64,000 bases of DNA. Source: Myxococcales bacterium (GTDB lineage Bacteria; Myxococcota_A; UBA9160; SZUA-336). How positions within the stretch are numbered: the first letter of the stretch is position 1; the number at the start of each line of letters is the position of its first letter. Position numbers and translations under genes: made by a program. The notes under the pieces were generated by a model. It saw only the letters and a list, made by a program, of their open reading frames with translations, had not been told where the DNA came from and made no database searches. Of this stretch, positions 19,049-29,152 are shown in pieces. The DNA lies in the NCBI GenBank assembly GCA_013215565.1, contig JABSQV010000029.1:29219-93218 (forward strand), written 5' to 3'.

Positions 19049-19774
19049 CTAGTCCCGGGCGGAAAGCAGACGCGCCCCGAGTTTGCTGGGCGCCGCCGCG
19101 CCCAGAACCGGGATCTCGCGCTGGCTCTCGAACTCGAGGCCGACCGGGCCCTCGGGCGCGCCTGCGTCGATGCTTGCGGCGACGCGCAGCGGGGACTCGG
19201 GCCAGTGAAAGGCGAGTCCGCGCTCGATTTCGCGCGCCTCGCCGCCGAGCGTATGCTCGAACAGCCGCCGCGCCGCGGCCTCGCTCGCGACGGTCATTCG
19301 CAGACCCACGAAGCGGACCGGGTCGGGCGTCGCGCCCCGGGCCGCGGGTACATCCCAGCCGTAGCCCTCGGACTCGTGTTCGGGGCTCGAACTCGCGAGC
19401 TGCACGACGATTCCGAGCGCCTCTTTCGGAAACAGGAAAGCCTCCTGCCAGCCCGGATGCGAGTCGTCGTAGCCGACGACCCGGTAGCCCTGATCCTCTG
19501 CAAGATCACAGGCTTTTCGGAGATTCGGCAGGTAGAAGGTCAGGTGGTGGATGCCCGGTCCGCGCGCCTTCAGAAAGCGCCGCAGGAAACCCTCGGGCGG
19601 ACCGCTCGGCGTCAGAATCTCGAGGTTCCCGCCTCCCAGGAAGGACCAGGTGTACCAGTCGAAGCCCTCACCCGGGCCCGCCCTGCCCGGCTGTCCGCCG
19701 AGCGTCGAGACGACGACCGGCAGCGCGTCCTCGAGACGCGCTACCGCGACGGCGACGTGATCGAGTTGGACCAT
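19049..19774 (-). CDS. VOC-family protein (methylmalonyl-CoA epimerase-like)
   Basis: LDHVAVAV...LEILTP...FLKARGPGIHHLTF...EAFLFPKEALGIVVQL. Confidence 0.8.
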   Translation of the reverse strand: MVQLDHVAVAVARLEDALPVVVSTLGGQPGRAGPGEGFDWYTWSFLGGGNLEILTPSGPPEGFLRRFLKARGPGIHHLTFYLPNLRKACDLAEDQGYRVVGYDDSHPGWQEAFLFPKEALGIVVQLASSSPEHESEGYGWDVPAARGATPDPVRFVGLRMTVASEAAARRLFEHTLGGEAREIERGLAFHWPESPLRVAASIDAGAPEGPVGLEFESQREIPVLGAAAPSKLGARLLSARD

Positions 19775-19917
19775 GCTTCTGCGACTCCTGATGCTGACCG
19801 ATGCGCGCGCCAGCCTACACTGCCGCGACCGCGCGAGGTACGGTGTCCGCGGAGCCGGAGTCCTTCGTCCGGAAGCGTGGAGGCGGTCCGGCGCGGCGGA
19901 CGGCCGGGAGCGGGAAA

Positions 19918-20796
19918 TTGAGTCTCGACAGAATCGCGATCCTCAGTCCGGGCGACATGGGTCACGCGGTGGGGCGCGTCCTCGTCGAGCGAGGCGCGCG
20001 CGTCGTGACGGCGCTCGCCGGGCGCAGCGCGCAGACCCGCGAGCGGGCCCGGCGCGCCGGGATCGAGGATCTGAACTCGCTTGCAGCCGCCATCGAAGCC
20101 GCCGATCTGGTGCTCTCGATCCTGCCCCCGGCTGCGGCGCTCGAGCTCGCACGCGCGGCGGTGCCCGCGCTCGAGCAGGCGGGCCATGAGGTCCTGTACG
20201 CCGACTGCAATGCGGTCTCGCCGGCAACCGCCGGGTCCATCGCCGCGGTCGTGCAGGATGCCGGGGCGAAGTTCATCGACGTCGGAATCGTCGGTCCCGC
20301 TCCCGGGCGCGGCCCCGACACGCGCTTCTACGCGAGCGGTCCCGCCGCGGAGCGCTTCCGGGCACTCGACGCGCCCGGCGTCGAGGTGCGCGTGATCGGC
20401 TCCGAGGTTGGACGCGCCTCTGCGCTCAAGATGGTCTATGCGGGCCTGACCAAGGGCACGCTTACGCTCTACACGGCGGTGCTCGTTGCCGCCGAGCGCC
20501 TCGGTCTCTCTCAGGAACTCGCACGCGAGTTGAGCGAGAGCCAGGCCACCGCGTTCGATCGCATGCGCGCGGTGCCGTTCCTTCCCGCCGATGCCGGCCG
20601 CTGGATCGGCGAGATGGAAGAGATTGCGGCCACCTTCGACCAGGCTGGCGTCACGCCCGCGTTTCACGAGGCCGCCGCCTGGATCTTCCGGCTGTTGGAG
20701 CGAACGCCTTACGCGAGCGAGACGCGCGAAACCCTCGACCGGACGCGGACGCTCGAGCAGGCGGTCAGGACCTTCGCGCGCGAACTCGGGCGCTGA
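19918..20796 (+). CDS. NAD(P)-dependent oxidoreductase (3-hydroxyisobutyrate/6PGD-like, DUF1932)
   Basis: IAILSPGDMG Rossmann motif, YADCNAVSP, ASALKMVYAGLTKG, AGRWIGEMEEIAATF. TTG start estimated. Confidence 0.85.
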   Translation: MSLDRIAILSPGDMGHAVGRVLVERGARVVTALAGRSAQTRERARRAGIEDLNSLAAAIEAADLVLSILPPAAALELARAAVPALEQAGHEVLYADCNAVSPATAGSIAAVVQDAGAKFIDVGIVGPAPGRGPDTRFYASGPAAERFRALDAPGVEVRVIGSEVGRASALKMVYAGLTKGTLTLYTAVLVAAERLGLSQELARELSESQATAFDRMRAVPFLPADAGRWIGEMEEIAATFDQAGVTPAFHEAAAWIFRLLERTPYASETRETLDRTRTLEQAVRTFARELGR

Positions 20797-22708
20797 CGCG
20801 CGCCGCAGCGGCCAGCAGAGCCAGCGCCGCCAGCCCGACGCCCCAGGCAGGCAGTGCGGGAAGCGCGCTCGACGCGAAGCTGCAGCTCGGGGTCGCCGGG
20901 AAGTTGCCCTCGGTACAAAGCTGGCTGCCGGTGTCCGAGCAGACGAAGCCCGGCTCGGCGGCCCAGATGCAGTCGGTGCCGCTGGCCGTAGTCCCGCCCT
21001 CCGTGCAGCCCGTGACCGAGGCGCCGGGAACGATCGGGACGGCGCAGTCGGCCAGGCAGGTCCCGCCGCTGGTGGACTGTCCGGGCGAGGCGTTGGCCGG
21101 ACAGCTGACGTTGAGGTTGCCGGCGCTGAAGCCGGCCCCGCACGCGATATTGCAGGCGGGGTCACTCACGGGCTGGAGCACGATGCCGTCGCTGCACGGG
21201 TCGCTCGCGCCCGGCAGCGCGCCGGGCGGGAACGGGTAGGCGGCACAACTGTTCTCGGTACAGGAGACAGGCTGGTCGAAGGCGCCGTCGCTGCAGCTTC
21301 GGACGCCGGTATTCGAGCAGGTGTACCCGTCTTCGGTTGCCCAGGTGCAGTTGGTGCCGCTGGCCGTAGTCCCGCCCTCCGCGCAGTCGCTGGACGAAGC
21401 GCCGGTGACGACCGGGACAGCGCAATCTGCGGCCAGGGCCCAGACGAAGAGACCTTTTTCGATGTCGCTTCCGATGATCGTGCCGCTCGGGAAGTACGGA
21501 TAGACACTCCAGAGACCGTTGTAGTGCGCGTCGTCGTTGGGGGGATAGGTGTCGAAGAACGCCACCTCGGTGGGAGCGACGGGGTTGGTCGCGTCGAAGA
21601 CGCGCAGGCCGCTCCGGTAGTTGGCCTCGAAGATCAGGTCCCCGAGCGTGTACAGGTTGTGGTCGCGCGCGGTGCCGCCGTTCGTGAAGGTGGCCACCTG
21701 CGTGGGATTCGTGAGGTCGGACACGTCGATCACGCGGGTCAGCGTCGGGTTCGCCAGGACCCCCTCGTCCGCCTCGTCGTTCACGTAGACGTACTGCCGG
21801 TCCGGCGAGAGCCAACCCTGGTGGGAGTACACGGCCGCGTGCGAAAAGATCGGCGGCGCCGTCAGATCGATCGAACCGATCACCGAGATGCTGGCCGGGT
21901 TGCTCACGTTCAGGATCTCGACTCCCGGATTGCCGCCTTGGGAGGTGTTGTTCGCGAAGCAAAACGCCACCTCGACACCGGCAAACGGAGCCTGCGTCCA
22001 GGTGACGACCTGCGCGTCGTGGCAGTAGCGGGTGTTCCACTGGCCCTCGGAAACGGGCAGGCCCGGGGCGGAGAGGTCGAAACTCCGCAAGCCGAAGCTG
22101 ACCCCCCCCACAGTGTAAAGGTGGCCGCTCTGCTCGTTGATGGCGAGGTTGTGGGCCCGGTTATTGCCCGCGATCGGCACGGTGGCGACGAGGGTGACGG
22201 TGCCGCTGTCGACCGCGTCGAGGTCGATCACCTGGATGCCCCCGCCCGTGCCTTCGGTCCCGGCGTAGGCGAAGTGGTCGTAGGTCTTGATGTCGCGCCA
22301 GGAGCTGATCGGGCCGGCGACCGTCGCGATGAGCTGCGCGTTGCTCGGATCCGTCACCTCCACGACCGCCGTGCCGGTCTGGATGCCGATCAGCGCGTAC
22401 TCGCGCCCGGACGGCGCCGTGTAGCCCCAGCAGTCGTTGGCCGACGTGGCGGCGGGGTCGAGGTCCGCGATCGTGAGCCAGCTGCGGAGTTCGACGGCCT
22501 GGCTCGCGAAAACCAGCGACGGCTGGCCGCCCTCGGCCTGCCGGAACGCCGCTCCGACGTAGGCCCCTTCCGCGTCGGCCTCGAACTCGTCATCGGGGTG
22601 ACGCAGCGTCTCAAACTGCGCGATCGCGGCGTCCCTGCCCGGCATCAGGAGCAGTGCGAGTCCCACGACGGCGGCCCCTGCCCGCGCCCACATCCCTGCA
22701 GCATACAC
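20765..22708 (-). CDS. Choice-of-anchor B (LVIVD-repeat) surface protein with Cys-rich repeats and IPTL-CTERM-like tail
   Basis: ANDCWGY, SSWRDIKTY, YCHDAQV, YSHQGWL, DHNLY, ANYRSGLRV, NGLWSVYPYFPSG..IGSDIEKGLF; C-terminal LPALPAWG + TM + Arg tail. Confidence 0.85.
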   Translation of the reverse strand: MYAAGMWARAGAAVVGLALLLMPGRDAAIAQFETLRHPDDEFEADAEGAYVGAAFRQAEGGQPSLVFASQAVELRSWLTIADLDPAATSANDCWGYTAPSGREYALIGIQTGTAVVEVTDPSNAQLIATVAGPISSWRDIKTYDHFAYAGTEGTGGGIQVIDLDAVDSGTVTLVATVPIAGNNRAHNLAINEQSGHLYTVGGVSFGLRSFDLSAPGLPVSEGQWNTRYCHDAQVVTWTQAPFAGVEVAFCFANNTSQGGNPGVEILNVSNPASISVIGSIDLTAPPIFSHAAVYSHQGWLSPDRQYVYVNDEADEGVLANPTLTRVIDVSDLTNPTQVATFTNGGTARDHNLYTLGDLIFEANYRSGLRVFDATNPVAPTEVAFFDTYPPNDDAHYNGLWSVYPYFPSGTIIGSDIEKGLFVWALAADCAVPVVTGASSSDCAEGGTTASGTNCTWATEDGYTCSNTGVRSCSDGAFDQPVSCTENSCAAYPFPPGALPGASDPCSDGIVLQPVSDPACNIACGAGFSAGNLNVSCPANASPGQSTSGGTCLADCAVPIVPGASVTGCTEGGTTASGTDCIWAAEPGFVCSDTGSQLCTEGNFPATPSCSFASSALPALPAWGVGLAALALLAAAARVSARVRARRS

Positions 22709-22890
22709 CCGGAGTGGGGTGTTTTGCGCCCGAATTCGGGCGGAGCTCGATCAGGCGGGCTGCGGAGCTGCGGACCCCGGGGCGGTGCCTGCGCCGGGCG
22801 GGCTCGGCCCCGGCGTCCGGCGTTCTCGAGCGCGCATCGGAAAGCTCGAGACTGCTCGAGAGATCATGCCCAAGCCCCTGAGTAAGCAGG

Positions 22891-23535
22891 CTAAACGATC
22901 TCTCGGCGGCGCAGGAGGCTGCGGATTTCGGCGAGCGCGGCCGGGGCTCCGTCCTCGCAGTCGCCGGCAATGACCAGGTCCGCGAAGCGGCGGCTCGGCT
23001 CGACGTACTTCTGGTGCATGGGCTGCACCGTGTCGCGGAACTGCCGGGCGACCGAGTCGGGGCTTCGGCCGCGCTCACGGACGTCCCGCTGTAGCCGACG
23101 TTCGAAGCGCGTGGCCTCGTCGGCGTCGACGAAGACGGCGAGGTCGATCCGCTTCCGGAGTTCGGGCTCGGTCAGGCACAGGATTCCGTCGAGCAGAATC
23201 ACGGGGCGCGGTTCCGCGCGCCTCGTCACGGCGCACCTGGCGTGGGCGAGAAAATCGTAGACCGGGACCTCGACCGCGCGGCCCCCGGCGAGCTGGTCGA
23301 GCTGTTCGATCAAGAGCTCGGTGTCGAGGGCCGCGGGCTGGTCATAATTTCTGGCACGCCGAGCCTCGCGGTTCCAATCGGGGGGGTCCCGGTAATAGGA
23401 ATCGTGCGCGAGGACGAGTGCGCGGTCGGGCCCGAGTTCGGCGACCAACTGCCAGACGAGCGTCGACTTTCCGGCTCCGCTGCCGCCCGCGATGCCGACC
23501 ACGACGGGATTTCTGGCTGCCAGCGTTGCGCGCAT
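22891..23535 (-). CDS. udk: Uridine kinase
   Basis: VVGIAGGSGAGKST, HDSYY, NYDQPAA, PVYDF, RRLQRDVRERGR, VQPMHQKYVEPSRRFAD. Confidence 0.9.
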   Translation of the reverse strand: MRATLAARNPVVVGIAGGSGAGKSTLVWQLVAELGPDRALVLAHDSYYRDPPDWNREARRARNYDQPAALDTELLIEQLDQLAGGRAVEVPVYDFLAHARCAVTRRAEPRPVILLDGILCLTEPELRKRIDLAVFVDADEATRFERRLQRDVRERGRSPDSVARQFRDTVQPMHQKYVEPSRRFADLVIAGDCEDGAPAALAEIRSLLRRREIV

Positions 23536-23598
23536 GCGGCAGGCCTGGGTTCCTCCCCGAATCCGCTCTCGGAACCCGGAGGGTACACTCCGTCAGCA

Positions 23599-25683
23599 AT
23601 GACCGAGGTCTTGGATCGCGCTCAGCCCCGAATTGGAGGCGTCGTCGGCGGGTTGCTCTGGGCGCTCGCGGGCGCCGGCGTCTGCGCCCTCGCGATTCCG
23701 CTCGAGCCGAACCTGCTCGAGGAGGGCCTCACGCTGCACATCGCCCAGCGGATTGCGGCGGGCGAGTTCCTGTACCGGGACATGCTCGTGTTCACGGGTC
23801 CGGTCCCGTTCGAGTTGCTGGGCTTGATCTTCCGAATCCTGGGTCCGGACCTGATGCTCGGGCGCTGGGTCGACGTGGTCCTGCACGGAAGCGCCTGCGC
23901 GGCCAGCTTCGGGATCGCGCGCCGCGCGGGCGCCGGGCCACTCGCGCACGCCGCCGCGGCATCGCTGGCGGCAGCTCCGGTACTGCTCTTCCCGCTCTTC
24001 GCGATCTTCTTCTACACGACCGTGGCGGTGCATCTCTGCATCCTGACGGCGTACGCGGCGGTTCGCGGCCTGCGCTCGCCCGGCTGGGCGGTGGCGGCGG
24101 GCTGCGGCGCCGCGCTCGCAGTCCTCTCGAAACAGACGATCGGACTCGTGCTGGTGCTGGGACTCTTCGTGAGCCTGCCGCTCTTGCTGCCGCGTGACCA
24201 GCGCCTTCGCGTGCTCGGCGCCTACGTTGCCGGGGGCATCGCGGTGGTGCTTGTGACGCTCGCTGTGTACGGAGCCCGGGGCGATCTCTCCGCGCTGCTG
24301 CGCGGGCTCGTGGTGCTCCCGCTTCTGCTCGGCGACAGCTTTGCGGCGCCCTACCTGAACCTCTGGCCGATCGGGGATTTTTCGGAGGCGGTGCGGCCCA
24401 GTTCGCGCCTCTACCTTCCGCCGCTCTACGCGCACACCCACGGCATCCTCGATCCGATCGACGGCTGGATCGTGCTGGTCGCACAGGCGCTCTACGCGCT
24501 CCCGATCGTGGCCCTGGTTGCGACGCTGCTGGCCCGGTGGCGTCGTCCCCTGCACGCGGCGGTCTGGATCCATGCGGTGCTCTTGCTCGCACTCTTCTCG
24601 AACCTGTTTCCACGCGGAGACTGGGGCCACCTGGTGTTCGTGTTGCCGTCGTCGCTCGCGCAGCTCGTGTTGCTGGTTCCCGCTCACTGGAGACGGGCCG
24701 CCTGGAGCCTGACCGGAACGCTCGTGATCGTGCTCGCGGCAGGGGTCGGACTCGCGACCGATCTGCTCTACGGACTTGCGGGGAAGGCGACCTACGGGGC
24801 CCGGATTTCGCCGCGGCCCGTGAGCGCGCTGCTGAAGACGCCGGGCGTGCCGATGGTGATCTATTTTCTGGAGAAGTGGGCCCGCCCGGGCGAGCCGATC
24901 TTCGTCGCACGCTCCGAGCCGCTGATCTACTTTGCGACCGGCCGGACGAACCCCACGCCCTACAGCGGGGTCGTGCCCGGGATTCGCGAGGAGCAGGAGC
25001 GGACCATCCTGGAAGCGCTCCGGAGCGTGCGCTTCGTGGTGATGAGCGACATCGATCAGCCGGTCTACACCTACTACCGGAAAGAGTTGCCGGCGGTTCA
25101 GAAGTACCTGGAGCGTTACTACCGCCCGATCGGCCGGCAGGGCGGGAACTGGATCCTGCTCCTGTCGCGCGGCCCCGACCGGGGTCCGACCGCGATCGAT
25201 CTGTTCGACCAGCAGGCCTCGGCGCGCGCCTGGATACGCGACGCGAACGGCATCGAGATTCCGCCGCCCCGGGAACTCCCCACGCTCGCCACGCGGCTCA
25301 ATCGACGTCCGCTTCCGATGTTGCTCGGACCCCGCGGGGGCGGCATCGACTTCGAGATCGAGCTCCCGGAGCGCGCGATGTTTCAGGCCGACGTCGGGCT
25401 CGAGGGGCTCGTGGGTCTCGACAATCTGTACCGGCACCCGCGGAACAGCACGCTGGTGGTTTCGGTTCGGTCGCAGGGCGAGTTCGAAGAGGCGGCACGC
25501 TTCCGGCCACTCGAGGCAAAGAAGCGTCAGCTCTTCTGGATCCCGGTCCAGGTCGACCTCTCTCGTTGGGGCGGGTCACGCGTGACACTCCGGCTGGAGC
25601 TGGTTCCGGAGCGCGAAATCGATCCCGAGGAACTCTCCTGGTGGGGCAGCCCGCGGATCGTCGTGGCTCCGCGGGCGAACTGA
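23599..25683 (+). CDS. Multi-pass membrane GT-C/ArnT-like glycosyltransferase with periplasmic C-terminal domain
   Basis: Acidic EEG after TM1, AQRIAAGEFLYRD..FTGP, LSKQTIG, about 11 TM segments; start at ATG 23599. Confidence 0.65.
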   Translation: MTEVLDRAQPRIGGVVGGLLWALAGAGVCALAIPLEPNLLEEGLTLHIAQRIAAGEFLYRDMLVFTGPVPFELLGLIFRILGPDLMLGRWVDVVLHGSACAASFGIARRAGAGPLAHAAAASLAAAPVLLFPLFAIFFYTTVAVHLCILTAYAAVRGLRSPGWAVAAGCGAALAVLSKQTIGLVLVLGLFVSLPLLLPRDQRLRVLGAYVAGGIAVVLVTLAVYGARGDLSALLRGLVVLPLLLGDSFAAPYLNLWPIGDFSEAVRPSSRLYLPPLYAHTHGILDPIDGWIVLVAQALYALPIVALVATLLARWRRPLHAAVWIHAVLLLALFSNLFPRGDWGHLVFVLPSSLAQLVLLVPAHWRRAAWSLTGTLVIVLAAGVGLATDLLYGLAGKATYGARISPRPVSALLKTPGVPMVIYFLEKWARPGEPIFVARSEPLIYFATGRTNPTPYSGVVPGIREEQERTILEALRSVRFVVMSDIDQPVYTYYRKELPAVQKYLERYYRPIGRQGGNWILLLSRGPDRGPTAIDLFDQQASARAWIRDANGIEIPPPRELPTLATRLNRRPLPMLLGPRGGGIDFEIELPERAMFQADVGLEGLVGLDNLYRHPRNSTLVVSVRSQGEFEEAARFRPLEAKKRQLFWIPVQVDLSRWGGSRVTLRLELVPEREIDPEELSWWGSPRIVVAPRAN

Positions 25684-25791
25684 GTTCCCGTGGGGGTGCT
25701 CCGGCCGGGTCGAGATCTGGTGCGCGGAGAATCCGCGCGCCGCGGGCGAGCGGACGGAGTTCTTGCAACTTCCTACCTTCGCCCGCGCTGG

Positions 25792-27096
25792 ATGCGTTTT
25801 CCGGGAGCGAGCTGGGCGAGAGCGTTTCTTGTCGGGGTCGTCGGCGTGTTGGCCGGGTGCGCGCCGCAGGCGCCGCCGGGGCGCGTGCTCGTGGTCGGCA
25901 TCGACGGAGCGGATCCAGGACTCGTGGAACGCTGGACCGAGGCGGGTGAGCTTCCGAACCTGGCGGCGCTCGCGCAGACGGGGGGCCGTGGACTGCTGCA
26001 GTCGCACCATCCGTTGCTCTCGCCGCGGGTCTGGACCTCGATGGCGACGGGCAAGATTCCGCTCCGCCACGGGATCCACCGCTGGGTGCGCGTCGGGCGC
26101 GACCATGCGTTTCACCTGTACCGGAGCGTGGACCGTCGCGGACACGCGCTCTGGAACATCGCCTCCGAGGCCGGGCTCAGCGTCGCGGTCGTGAACTGGC
26201 TGATCACGCATCCGCCCGAGAAGCTGCGCGGGGTGATGATCTCGGACTTCGCGATTCCGGGGGAACGTCAGGCGCGGCAGGATCTCGGTCGCAGCATGGT
26301 CGGAGGCCACGGGCCCGTGCGGCCCCCCGCCGGGACCGCGGTCACCGTCTACCCCGCCGAGTGGGCCGTGCGCTTCAAACGCCTCGCCGCGCAAGCGCTC
26401 GTTCCAGAAGGCGTGACCGACACCAGCAGCTTCTTCGGGCCCGGACTCGTGAAGGACGAGGTCGAGAAGTCGTTCCGGGCCGACGTACTGGCGGCGCGCG
26501 CGGCGTTCGAGATCGAACGCGAACTGCGTCCGGACCTGATGATGGTCTACTGGCATGGCGTCGACCGCATCTCGCACTTCCTGTGGTCGGCCATGGAGCC
26601 GCCAGAGGCCTACCCGGAGGCGCTGCAGTTGACGCCGGATCAGCGCGAGCGCCACGCGGCCGCCCTGCTCTCTCACTATCGTGCGGTCGATCTACTGCTC
26701 GGCCGATTGCTCGAGGGATACGGGCCTCGGGACCTCGTGCTCGTGGTCTCGGATCACGGCTTCGAGGCGCTCACCCAGAGCCGCTTCGGCATCACGGGAG
26801 GGCACGAAACTGCGCTGGCCGAGAACGGCATCGTGTACGCGCGCGGACCCGGAATCGAGCCCGGCAGCCTGATCGAGGACATGTCCGTGAACGACGTGAC
26901 CCCCACGGTGCTCGCGTGGCTGGGCCTGCCGCTCGGGGCCGATATGGATGGCCGGCCGGCCGGGTTCGTCGAGCTCGAAGCCATCGAGACGATCGCGACC
27001 TACGACACGACCGAGATCGAGCACGTGGGTGAAGGCGGAGACACCGTGGAGGCGCAGATTCTCGATCAACTCCGAACGCTCGGGTACGTGGACTAG
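25792..27096 (+). CDS. Alkaline-phosphatase-superfamily phosphodiesterase/nucleotide pyrophosphatase, lipoprotein
   Basis: Lipobox LAGC; VVGIDG, SPRVWTSMATG..P..HGI, GVDRISH, VVSDHGF, DVTPTVL, QLRTLGYVD. Confidence 0.85.
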   Translation: MRFPGASWARAFLVGVVGVLAGCAPQAPPGRVLVVGIDGADPGLVERWTEAGELPNLAALAQTGGRGLLQSHHPLLSPRVWTSMATGKIPLRHGIHRWVRVGRDHAFHLYRSVDRRGHALWNIASEAGLSVAVVNWLITHPPEKLRGVMISDFAIPGERQARQDLGRSMVGGHGPVRPPAGTAVTVYPAEWAVRFKRLAAQALVPEGVTDTSSFFGPGLVKDEVEKSFRADVLAARAAFEIERELRPDLMMVYWHGVDRISHFLWSAMEPPEAYPEALQLTPDQRERHAAALLSHYRAVDLLLGRLLEGYGPRDLVLVVSDHGFEALTQSRFGITGGHETALAENGIVYARGPGIEPGSLIEDMSVNDVTPTVLAWLGLPLGADMDGRPAGFVELEAIETIATYDTTEIEHVGEGGDTVEAQILDQLRTLGYVD

Positions 27097-27142
27097 CAGC
27101 CCGGGACCCGGGACCCTGTTCAGGCCTGCCCCCGCGCTGCGC

Positions 27143-28156
27143 TCACGCCCCGATCCAGTCGCGGGAGCGACGGCCGAGCAGAACGCGCCCGAGCCCGATG
27201 ATGGCCAGCGAGCCTCCCATGCCCGCCAGCCAGGGAAGCAGGATCGGGACCAGCGCGATGCTCCCGGGCGGCGCCGGAAACGCGTACTGCACACGCACCA
27301 CGAAGAACAGATGGAACAGGTAGATCGCGTAGGTCGCGTCGCTCAGCGCGCGGACGGGCGCGGACGCCGGCGCGCGGCCGCAGCAAAGGACGAAGAGCAG
27401 GCACACGATCGCCCAGATTTCGAGCCAGCTCGCGGTCGGGCGCGCGGCCGGCCAGAGCTCGGAGGCGAGGAAGGCCGCGAGTCCCGCCGCCGGGACCCCG
27501 AACGCGAGCGCCCACCGCGTGCGCTTCCGGACGACCTGGGCGGCGACCTCCGCGTAGTGCAGGCGCACCCACCAGCCGGCCAGGAAGTACGCGGCCCAGC
27601 GCAGCGGGTTCCGGACCGCCCAGAGCAGGTCCGGCGGATTCCCGATCCCGTTTTCGAGCAGCCCCTGCGCGGCGAAGCTCAGTGCGAACAGCACCGGCAG
27701 CGCACGTCGCGGGAGCAGCGGCAGGCTCGGCGAGAGGATCACCAGGACCACGATCAGAAACACGTAGTAGTACGGGCCGAACGCGGCTCCGACGAGCAGG
27801 TCCTTGACGACCGAGCCGGTCTGGGGCTCCCCGCCGAGCTCGTGCCAGAAGATCTCGGCTGCGACCGAGGCGAGCAGGTACGGGATCAGGATCCGCCGCA
27901 GTCGTCGGAGCGTCTGCGCGAAGGGCACCGGTTCCCGGGTCGCGTAGAGAAATCCGGAAACCGCGAGGAAGCCGGGCACCGCGAAGCGCAGGAGTTCGAG
28001 CAGCCAGGCTTCCTGCGATGAGAGCTGCGGATGGAAATGCGCGCGCAGGGAGTGGATCAGAACCACGCCCAGAATGCCCGCGGCCTTGAGGACGTCGACC
28101 TCGGGGAAGCGCCGCGTCTCGGATTTCCCGGCCGGGCTCGGGTTCGCGTCCGTCAC
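27143..28156 (-). CDS. Acyltransferase family 3 (membrane O-acyltransferase)
   Basis: DVLKAAGILGVVLIH, FAVPGFLAVSGF, RRLRRILIPY, SDATYAIYLFH. Confidence 0.88.
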   Translation of the reverse strand: MTDANPSPAGKSETRRFPEVDVLKAAGILGVVLIHSLRAHFHPQLSSQEAWLLELLRFAVPGFLAVSGFLYATREPVPFAQTLRRLRRILIPYLLASVAAEIFWHELGGEPQTGSVVKDLLVGAAFGPYYYVFLIVVLVILSPSLPLLPRRALPVLFALSFAAQGLLENGIGNPPDLLWAVRNPLRWAAYFLAGWWVRLHYAEVAAQVVRKRTRWALAFGVPAAGLAAFLASELWPAARPTASWLEIWAIVCLLFVLCCGRAPASAPVRALSDATYAIYLFHLFFVVRVQYAFPAPPGSIALVPILLPWLAGMGGSLAIIGLGRVLLGRRSRDWIGA

Positions 28157-28276
28157 GCAGTCAGCATGCGGTCGTCGGGGGGCCCAGGCAACCGGGTGCG
28201 TGCCAGGCCGCCGTGCCGGCGACGCGCCAGAGGCGTAGAATTTCCCCGGGCGTGCCTGCCCTGGCAGGAGAACGGG

Positions 28277-29113
28277 ATGCGGCGCATGGCGAGCTGGAGC
28301 GGGAGGTTGGGGCTACTGGCCACGCTGGCGGTCGGGGCCGCGCTGGGCTTCGGGCTGGCGTTCTGGCTCCAGTCCGGCGCGCTCGAGACCGGCCGCGCCC
28401 GGGTCCAGGATCTGCCCGGTGCGGGCGCGGCCGGAGATTCCGCCCGGGAGCGGCTCGAAGCGCGCGTCAGACAGCTCGAGGAAGACCTGAACAATCTTTT
28501 GGATCTAACTGCGATCGAAGAGTTCGCGGATCTTGCTTCGAGTGACACGGTAGCCCCGGCGCCGGACCCCGCGCCCAGGCGGACGCCGACCCGGAAAGGG
28601 CCCGCGCAGGGGCCGAGTTTCGACGAGCGCGCGCTGGCCGCAGCCGGACTGGATCCCGACGCGACGGGGCGCATCAAGGCGCACTGGGAGCGCCTGCTGC
28701 TCTCGCGGCTCGGCCTCGCGAACCGCGCTCTGCGCGAGGGCTGGGCTCGTTCCAAGCGCTACACGCGCGAGTCGCGGGAACTCGAATGGGAACTGCGCGA
28801 GGCCTTCGGCGAGCGAGACTATGAGTTTCTGCTCTACGCCACCGGCCGGCCGACGCGCCTGATCGCGCGGGACGTGCTCGTGGGGGCGGCCGCCAGTGCG
28901 GACGGGATCGAGGTCGGCGACACGATTTTGCGTTACGACGGCGAGCGCATGTTCCAGCCCCGCGACCTCCGCTGGGCCACCTTGACCGGGGACCCGGGAA
29001 CCAGCGTCTGGATCGAGGTGCTGCGCGATGGAGAGGTGCGCCGATTCTCCGTCCGCCGCGGTCCGCTCGGGATCATCCTCGACACCGCGTCCCTGCCCCC
29101 GTTCGAAGACTGA
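28277..29113 (+). CDS. Membrane-anchored protein with C-terminal PDZ domain
   Basis: N-terminal TM, coiled coil, helical middle; DVLVGAAASADGIEVGDTILRYDGER...VLRDGE PDZ pattern. Confidence 0.7.
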   Translation: MRRMASWSGRLGLLATLAVGAALGFGLAFWLQSGALETGRARVQDLPGAGAAGDSARERLEARVRQLEEDLNNLLDLTAIEEFADLASSDTVAPAPDPAPRRTPTRKGPAQGPSFDERALAAAGLDPDATGRIKAHWERLLLSRLGLANRALREGWARSKRYTRESRELEWELREAFGERDYEFLLYATGRPTRLIARDVLVGAAASADGIEVGDTILRYDGERMFQPRDLRWATLTGDPGTSVWIEVLRDGEVRRFSVRRGPLGIILDTASLPPFED

Positions 29114-29152
29114 ACCCGGGCGGACCGGGGGCTCGGGAACTGCAGCTCCGGT

